Notes under the pieces: model-generated | Told to the model about the DNA's origin: nothing | The model's input: only the letters and a program-made list of their open reading frames with translations | Databases searched by the model: none | Part shown: piece after piece, positions 28,729-35,107 of the stretch | Numbering within the stretch: position 1 is the stretch's first letter | How the letters are laid out: the number at the start of each line of letters is the position of its first letter | Assembly (NCBI GenBank): GCA_012862495.1 | Contig: BLSG01000076.1 | Span: forward strand, 1-35,107 | DNA: 35,107 nt | Direction of reading: 5' to 3' | Origin: Thraustochytrium aureum | Lineage: Eukaryota | Made by a program: the position numbers and the translations under genes

Positions 28729-30491
28729 ATGGTGCGCAACCCGGCGTCGGCGTACTTGAAGACCTGGCTGAATAATCACAGCGCCAACCCGTACCCAACC
28801 CCGCAGGAGAAAGAGTCCCTGATGAAGGTGACCGGCCTCGACAGATCCCAGCTCGACCACTGGTTTGTCAACGCGCGCCAGCGGTACTGCCGGCCAAAGC
28901 GCCGCCGCGGGCCCAACCCCAACTACTCGCGGTACCCTGAACGGGTGACAAATATTCTGATCGAGTGGCTCATGGAGAACAGTGAAAAGCCCTACCCATC
29001 TGCTGCCGAGCAGTCCCGCCTCCTCAGCCTGACCGGCCTCGAAAAGAAGCAGCTGCAAAACTGGTTCACCAATGCGCGCAAGCGCGAGCTCGTCAAACGC
29101 GTGTCCACCAGGTCTGGATCCCCAGACGAGGCGACCTTTACCAAGGCTCCGCGCCCCGCCGGCGCGCACCCGCGGAATGCACTACCGCCTCTGCAGACCA
29201 ATTTGCCGGCCTCAATGCTGCCAACGATCACGACGCCCAACAGCGGTTCGGGCTCGTCCGCGCATCTCATGGACGACCACCTGAACATGCTGTTTCAGCA
29301 CCAGCAGCACCACAATCCAATGGCGCATCACGCGTTTGTTCACCCCGGCGCGCAAACGTTTGCCACCTCGCCACTTGCTATGTATCGCGACTCGCGCGAC
29401 CAGGTGCCGTCGCACCACGCCAATGTCGGCGGGGTCCAGGGGCCGCCCGGACCGCCCCACAGCCAGCACCAGTTCTCGCAGCAGCAATCGCAGCAGCAAA
29501 ACCAACATACCGACCTGATGCGCTCGCTGAGGTTCGCGGGGTCGGTGCACACCACGGGCTCGACCGCCTCAACGCCGCACTCGACCTCGACGATGGCCAT
29601 GTCGCCGGGAAGCCAGTTTTCGCCGAGCGAGTTTTCTGACAATCTCTTCCCGACTTCGGAGGCGACGCACGAGTACAGCCGCGTCTCTCGGCGCGGCAGT
29701 ACCAGCACGCGCCGCAGCGGGGAATTTACGCCCACGACCTTCGCCACGCGACGGGTCCCCAGTTCGCCTGGTCGGCCACCGAAGACCAGCACCAGCGCCG
29801 TGAGCGAGACCCGGATGCGCATCACGGGGTGGTGGAGAGCGGCGCGGAGCGCGAGTCCCATATCGCTAACCATGCAGCAGGCCGACCTTCGATGCAGGTG
29901 AAATCCGACCGCGAAGAGTACTTTGACCAGAGCCGCCACCACCTTGATGGGTTGCACGAGGATCGGCGAGGACCGTCGCGCGCCCAGCCAATGCCCGTGT
30001 CGCTTGCCGGGTACACCGGGGCCAAGTTCTTCGACCCTGCCCTCCACTTTGATCTCAACTCGGACACGAGCGCTCGACTCTCGCAGCGCATCGAGCAAGC
30101 CGAGGCCGGCCCCTCGCTCCGTAAGCGGCTCTTCATGATGATGTCTGAGCACCACCGAGCGCAGCCCGAGGTGGGACCCCTGAGCGCGCCGACCGCCAAG
30201 AGGGCACGGGAACCCCCCGTCGCCGCCGCCGCCGCCGCCGCCGCCGCCGGTACCTCATCGTCCACCGCCTCCCCTTCGGGGAGGAAGCGCGCCAAGGGCA
30301 GCCCAAAGGAGAACTTGGCTCCTTCGACGCTCCTGCCGAACGTTTTCTTTGCGTCTGGCCAGGGAGAGGCGGCTGCGCCTCAGCAACGGGATGCTCAGCA
30401 GGCAGCGGCGCTGATGCTCAACCTGTGCAGCACTTCGTCTGCATCGCCGCACAGGGACGGCGTCAACCCGCCTTCGCGCGTCCACGCTTGA
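28729..30491 (+). CDS. Transcription factor with two tandem TALE-class homeodomains and a long Q/H/S/P-rich C-terminus; probable frameshift at ~29640-29700; 5' end abuts a gap
   Basis: HD1 LKTWLNNHSANPYPTPQEKESL..TGLDRSQLDHWFVNARQR and HD2 LIEWLMENSEKPYPSAAEQSRL..TGLEKKQLQNWFTNARKR both show the TALE PYP loop and WFxNAR. The -1 frame opens after TGA 29637-29639 and runs to 30491 with similar composition, NLS-like motifs and poly-Ala. Confidence 0.9.
30222..30248 (+). repeat. (GCC)9 coding poly-Ala tract
   Basis: Nine GCC units in frame with the distal part of the homeobox gene. Confidence 0.95.
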
Positions 30492-30731
30492 CAAACCGAC
30501 CGGACCTGATAAGTACCACTACCACTTGTTTTTCTTTCTTCCTTTCCGAGTCAGCCTTTCTCCTTTTCTCTCTACTTCGGCCGACTTGCTTGCTCCCGAC
30601 CTTCCTGGGCGGCGCGCAGGCCGCTGTGGTCAGTCCTCGACGCGACCAAGGAGATCGATCCGACTGCGAAAGCAGGCGTTTCGCATCTCAGCGACCGGCG
30701 CGCCTTTCATGGATATCGTTGGCACTCTATC

Positions 30732-31172
30732 TCACCGGCTGCTGCGCGCGAGGGCTCCTGCCAATGCTCGAGCGTCCGCGCACCAAGGTGTCCCACCGAG
30801 GTGCGCTATGTTTCTGTACAGGTTTGTGAACGGCCCTCGAAGGACGTGCATGTGGAGGTGGCCGACGCTGTTGAACGGCGCTCGGTGGAACACAAGCCGA
30901 GTCTGGCTGTCGCCCAAGCCGGCGCCGCCGCGCGCCTCCAAGGCCAGCTCGCCGACTTGCACCATGTGCCGGAGCAGTTCTCGGCGCTGAATCGCCAGCA
31001 GGTCGACGCTGCTCTGTTCAATGTGTTCGCGGCTGATCACCAGCTCGTGCAGGGCGGCCCTGGGGTCGCGCGCTCGGACGACAACGACGAGGTCGTCCGC
31101 GAACAGCGTCGCGCGACCTGCTTGGCCCCCAACAATGTCGCAAAACCTGCACGCGGCCGCAGCTGGCCGCAT
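30732..31172 (-). CDS. Histidine triad (HIT) nucleotide-binding protein, HINT3/plant HINT4-like, 146 aa
   Basis: N-terminal CRFCDI, P.A..H.LVI..EHI and RLVFHRAPFNSVGHLHMHVL (HxHxH triad in the FH.PPF.SV context typical of the HINT3/HINT4 branch). Confidence 0.88.
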   Translation of the reverse strand: MRPAAAACRFCDIVGGQAGRATLFADDLVVVVRARDPRAALHELVISREHIEQSSVDLLAIQRRELLRHMVQVGELALEARGGAGLGDSQTRLVFHRAPFNSVGHLHMHVLRGPFTNLYRNIAHLGGTPWCADARALAGALARSSR

Positions 31173-33048
31173 TCCGCCCCGCCGCCCGTGACCCGGGCGG
31201 TACAACTAGCGAGCGAGGTGCGCCGCCCACACGAGCGGACCAGCAGGGCTCGGCTCGCGCGACCTGCGGCGCGCGGGAAGGCGGCCCATGCAGCGGCGCC
31301 TGGCCGCGCAGCTCCGAGCGCGACTAACGACGCAGCAGCTCTGCGCCGCAAGCTGGCAACGGGCGCGCCCCAGCCGCTGCGCTCCCTTCCGTTCGCCCAA
31401 GCTCGCGAGCGCCGCCAGCCGGCTCGGCCCTCTTCCTCTTGACTATCACGCGGCGAGCGAAAGGGCAGGCGCCACGGGCCGCGAGCCGCGAGCCGCGCGC
31501 GTCGCGGCAAGCAGGCCAGCCGCACGCACTCGAGCTGCCCCACGTCCTGGATGCCGTCGCCAGGCGTGCGGCGCCCAAAGGCCCAGCGCCGCACGGACGG
31601 GGCAACCTTCTTCGCGGGCGCCAGGGCTGTTTGTGCTCCGAAACGAAGGCCTATGTGCGCCGAGCAATCCGCTCCTGACGCTTGCGCTGCGCCAAGAAAT
31701 GTCCGCCGTCGTCCGCTCAGCGTCAACTTCGCTGCGGCGCGAGTCAAGGCCAAGGCCAGCTCGTTCGGCCCAGCAACGAACGCCCGCAGCCGCACGCAGG
31801 CCCGGCAGGCTAGACCTGCACGACGCCAGCGTGAGTACCCGAGTGCGTGAGTTGGTAGCGTACTCGGAGGAGTTCGAGTGGAGTAGAGTAGAGTACCCTC
31901 TACCGCTGCTGCCCGTTGCGCTCAGTACTTGGCTGAATCAGGGCTCGACCGGCCAAGCCGCACTCTGCAGAGCCGCGAGCGGCTCCCCGCCCGCCGGGCC
32001 GGACTGCAAGCTGGCCCTGAGCGCGCTCACACTCGCTCGCGCGGGCGCTCCAGCAAATGCACGCCCGCAATGGGCGGCGAGCCGACTGGCGTGTTCGTCT
32101 GGTAGAGTCTACCTTACAGACAAGGCAGGAGTCGGCGAGCAGAGGCAAGCAAAGAAGCAAGCGAGCCAGCAGCCGGGCGAGCCGGCCCTCGCCTGGCTCG
32201 GCTTATCGGCTGCCCGCCCGCCTGCTGGCTTGCCTGCCGGCCTGCCTGGTGCACCGATGGCGAGCGGGTGCGGGCTTGCATCCATCCATCCATCGTCCAT
32301 CGCTGNNNNNNNNNNNNNNNNNNNNNNNNNNNNNNNNNNNNNNNNNNNNNNNNNNNNNNNNNNNNNNNNNNNNNNNNNNNNNNNNNNNNNNNNNNNNNNN
32401 NNNNNNNNNNNNNNNNNNNNNNNNNNNNNNNNNNNNNNNNNNNNNNNNNNNNNNNNNNNNNNNNNNNNNNNNNNNNNNNNNNNNNNNNNNNNNNNNNNNN
32501 NNNNNNNNNNNNNNNNNNNNNNNNNNNNNNNNNNNNNNNNNNNNNNNNNNNNNNNNNNNNNNNNNNNNNNNNNNNNNNNNNNNNNNNNNNNNNNNNNNNN
32601 NNNNNNNNNNNNNNNNNNNNNNNNNNNNNNNNNNNNNNNNNNNNNNNNNNNNNNNNNNNNNNNNNNNNNNNNNNNNNNNNNNNNNNNNNNNNNNNNNNNN
32701 NNNNNNNNNNNNNNNNNNNNNNNNNNNNNNNNNNNNNNNNNNNNNNNNNNNNNNNNNNNNNNNNNNNNNNNNNNNNNNNNNNNNNNNNNNNNNNNNNNNN
32801 NNNNNNNNNNNNNNNNNNNNNNNNNNNNNNNNNNNNNNNNNNNNNNNNNNNNNNNNNNNNNNNNNNNNNNNNNNNNNNNNNNNNNNNNNNNNNNNNNNNN
32901 NNNNNNNNNNNNNNNNNNNNNNNNNNNNNNNNNNNNNNNNNNNNNNNNNNNNNNNNNNNNNNNNNNNNNNNNNNNNNNNNNNNNNNNNNGTTGCGCTCCG
33001 GCTCTCTGCAAACCCGAGGTGGGCAAAGCGCGCCAGCGCGCCAACGCG

Positions 33049-34176
33049 ATGCCGACCGAGGTCCCCAACCCCAGTCCGCTGGACCTATCGGGTGGCCTCG
33101 ACGCGGCCCCGCTCCACCCAGCAAACCCCGAGTGGAGCCCGACCAGCACGGCGACTAAAAGATTCATGGCGCTCCGTGACAAGCAACGCAGGTGGTGCAG
33201 CGCCAGGCTAGTCAGGCCGACCCCGCCCTGCGAGCCGGCGCGCGCTGCCGACGCGGATGGCGCCAGCGCATTTGCCTTGCCCGTGTTCGAGCCGCTCGGC
33301 GCCAAGCTCCTCGTGCAGTTAAAAGACTATGTCGACGCGCAGCGCGCCGTGCTCACGCGCCCCGTGCACTTTGACCTCTGGCTCGACGTGCTAGCCCACC
33401 TCGACATGTTTGACCAGCTCGCAGCAGCCTGCAGCCGCGTCAGCGATCGGGCACCGGCAAAGGAGTATCTCAAGCGGCTGTTCGCCTTGCTGGACGGCGG
33501 GGCCTTTGGCCGCGCGGTCGGCTTTGACGAGCTCGCCTCCATCCTCAGCAATTGGGCTGCGCTCAAGACAGCTCTCGCCGCAACAGACCTCGACGACCCG
33601 TCTTGGGCTGAGCAGGACCAAAACATTGCAGAATCCTCCACGCGCGCCACCCATGTCTACCACGCTGTGAGCGGGGGGATTTGGGACGACGCGGGCGTTC
33701 CCGAGTCCAAAAAGCGGCTCGCCGAGGCCACTCCAGAGGAACCCGACTCCACGAGCGACCCGGTCCCTGCCGATGCTACCCAAGAAACCCACGCCTACTT
33801 GCACGACAGTGACAGTGCTGGCCAGCCCGGGTCAGTCGGCCGCCTCGCTGCGGCCGCGCCGGGCCCCTTTCCTCTTGTGGAGATGGTTGCTCGTTTCTCC
33901 TGCTGGGACAGGGTTTTGTTCCTCGCCGAGTTTGAGGACCAGGTCGAGCAGGGCCACGTCACGGACGATGGGGTCTCGTGCCAGCTCGTGGAAACCATCT
34001 ACGAGACCATAGAGGCTCGCCGCTCGCCCGCGCTGGTCGACCGAGCAGGTCTGCGGGCGACTGTGCAGGCGCTCTTTGGCATGTTTTCTCTCAGCGCCGG
34101 CTCGAGCGAGATCTCTCTGGAGCAGCTCTCCGTTCTGGTCAACTCGGCGTCATTCTTCGCGATGCGCCGCCCCTGA
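33049..34176 (+). CDS. Hypothetical protein with two degenerate EF-hand-like motifs (at least 375 aa; may extend into gap 32306-32989)
   Basis: Open frame with GC3-rich codons. LKRLFALLDGGAFGRAVGFDELASIL and VQALFGMFSLSAGSSEISLEQLSVLV resemble helix-loop-helix EF-hand patterns. Confidence 0.65.
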   Translation: MPTEVPNPSPLDLSGGLDAAPLHPANPEWSPTSTATKRFMALRDKQRRWCSARLVRPTPPCEPARAADADGASAFALPVFEPLGAKLLVQLKDYVDAQRAVLTRPVHFDLWLDVLAHLDMFDQLAAACSRVSDRAPAKEYLKRLFALLDGGAFGRAVGFDELASILSNWAALKTALAATDLDDPSWAEQDQNIAESSTRATHVYHAVSGGIWDDAGVPESKKRLAEATPEEPDSTSDPVPADATQETHAYLHDSDSAGQPGSVGRLAAAAPGPFPLVEMVARFSCWDRVLFLAEFEDQVEQGHVTDDGVSCQLVETIYETIEARRSPALVDRAGLRATVQALFGMFSLSAGSSEISLEQLSVLVNSASFFAMRRP

Positions 34177-34470
34177 GGCTTGCGCCCCGCGAGATCGCAA
34201 CGCCTTGCAGTTATATGACATTTAGCACTTTGTAATAGCCTACCTGTGATTTTTGCTCGGAGCACTGTGCATTCCGCGAGTCGCTGGTTGCAGGCCTGTG
34301 CGCCGAGCTTTGGCGCTGAAGCGCTGGTTCTGAACTTGCAGGGTGTTTTCGTTACTGCTTGCTGATTAGTACTGAGACGTGTGTCAACGCGATCCGGGGC
34401 GAGCGCCTTCTTCCTCGAGGCGGTGCTTGGACCGATTTGGGCGAGTTGCGCAACGGGCGCTGCCGGCCAG

Positions 34471-35107
34471 CTAGGCGAATTCGCAAAGGAAGGGCTGCTC
34501 CCATCCGCAAGCGATGTCGTTCCACTGCGGCGCGCTCCCGCCCTGCGAGCAGCGCACCTGGACGCAGCTCTCGCCACCCGAGTTGGACGGCTCGCCGGGG
34601 GCCCAGTTTTCGTAAGTCAGTGGCAATCCACCTTCCCACTCGAACACGCCTTCCGTCTGCCTCTCCGCCAGGCCGATCCAGTATCCGCAATGCCCAAGTC
34701 GAGTCAGCGCATCCATCGCCTCGCTGTTGGGGACGGCCGCCAGCTTGCCGCCAAACGTTGCGCAGAACTGGTTTGCCTCCGCGTACGTCTTGGCCGCATT
34801 GAAGTACTTGTAGCACGCGTGGTCCACCGTCACGTCGCATTGATGGCTCGGCGGCCGTGTCGGGGATCGCGTGGGCTGTTTTGACGGCGAGGCTGTTGGC
34901 GTCGTCGTTGGGCTCTGCGTCGGGTTCTTCGTCGGCGATCCAGTCGGATGCTCCGTTGGGCTCCGCGTCGGGGATCCAGTTGGACGTTGCGTTGGGCTTG
35001 TCGTCGGGCTTGCTGATGGGGTCTGCGAGGGACTCTTGCTCGGGCTCTGCGTTGGCGCCATGCTGGGGCTCGAGCTCGGGCTCTGCGTAGGCGACTCGCT
35101 GGGGCTC
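34471..35107 (-). CDS. Mucin-like (xPT/xPS repeat) stalk followed by a C-terminal C-type lectin domain; 5' end outside the window
   Basis: CYKYF..KTYAEANQFC...GGKLA, YWIGL..EGVFEW, YENWAPGEPSN..ESCV and WNDIAC..PFLCE. Upstream 4-residue SPT/SPS repeats stay open to the window edge. Confidence 0.93.
   Translation of the reverse strand, partial: SPSESPTQSPSSSPSMAPTQSPSKSPSQTPSASPTTSPTQRPTGSPTRSPTEHPTGSPTKNPTQSPTTTPTASPSKQPTRSPTRPPSHQCDVTVDHACYKYFNAAKTYAEANQFCATFGGKLAAVPNSEAMDALTRLGHCGYWIGLAERQTEGVFEWEGGLPLTYENWAPGEPSNSGGESCVQVRCSQGGSAPQWNDIACGWEQPFLCEFA
34850..35107 (-). repeat. Coding degenerate 12-bp repeat encoding xSPT/xSPS tetrapeptides
   Basis: SPTQSPSSSPSMAPTQSPSKSPSQTPSASPTTSPTQRPTGSPTRSPT... 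with Pro at every fourth residue. Confidence 0.9.

Larger units (their letters stand above)
4508..32989. other. Seven assembly gaps: 4508-4802, 10963-11059, 14945-15173, 20103-20265, 25855-26036, 28384-28724, 32306-32989
   Basis: Runs of N. ORFs crossing them in the supplied track are not evidence of continuity. Confidence 0.99.

Noticed and set aside
4418..29700. A shared programmed-frameshifting or RNA-editing system explaining the proC, chrA and homeobox breaks
   Set aside because: The breaks differ in direction (-1, +1, -1), share no motif and sit at or near short homopolymers in a gapped draft assembly, so sequencing error is more parsimonious.
31288..33048. N-terminal part of the 962-aa ORF
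   Set aside because: An Arg/Ala/Pro-rich GC artefact joined across a 684-N gap; only the part after the gap looks coding.

Overview
GC-rich, gene-dense eukaryotic scaffold with seven N-gaps. Five short spliceosomal introns (55-100 nt; GT donors, CTGAC branch points, AG acceptors) can be spliced by hand to restore reading frames, and several genes are intronless. Gene content and xPT/xPS mucin-like repeats suggest a stramenopile protist, possibly a thraustochytrid (inference only). About 17 protein genes are supported: SEC/OGT-type O-GlcNAc transferase, pyrroline-5-carboxylate reductase, an orphan, a stand-alone MHYT membrane sensor, cysteine synthase, a PTS1 alpha/beta hydrolase, chromate transporter, a coiled-coil orphan, a MESD-like ER chaperone, an EEP hydrolase, TMEM53, a histidine phosphatase, a membrane-tethered temptin-domain protein, a double TALE-homeodomain factor, a HIT protein, an EF-hand-like orphan and a mucin-stalked C-type lectin. 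Three genes carry single-base frameshifts at or near homopolymers, most likely assembly errors. No RNA gene, CRISPR array or intact mobile element is supported. The best candidate for an undescribed system is the divergent temptin-receptor / double-TALE gene pair, whose shared upstream region has three near-identical extended TGACAG (TALE-site) motifs. Other leads are an OGT with altered catalytic residues, an output-less MHYT sensor and a protist MESD. All family assignments come from motif recognition; no database search was run.
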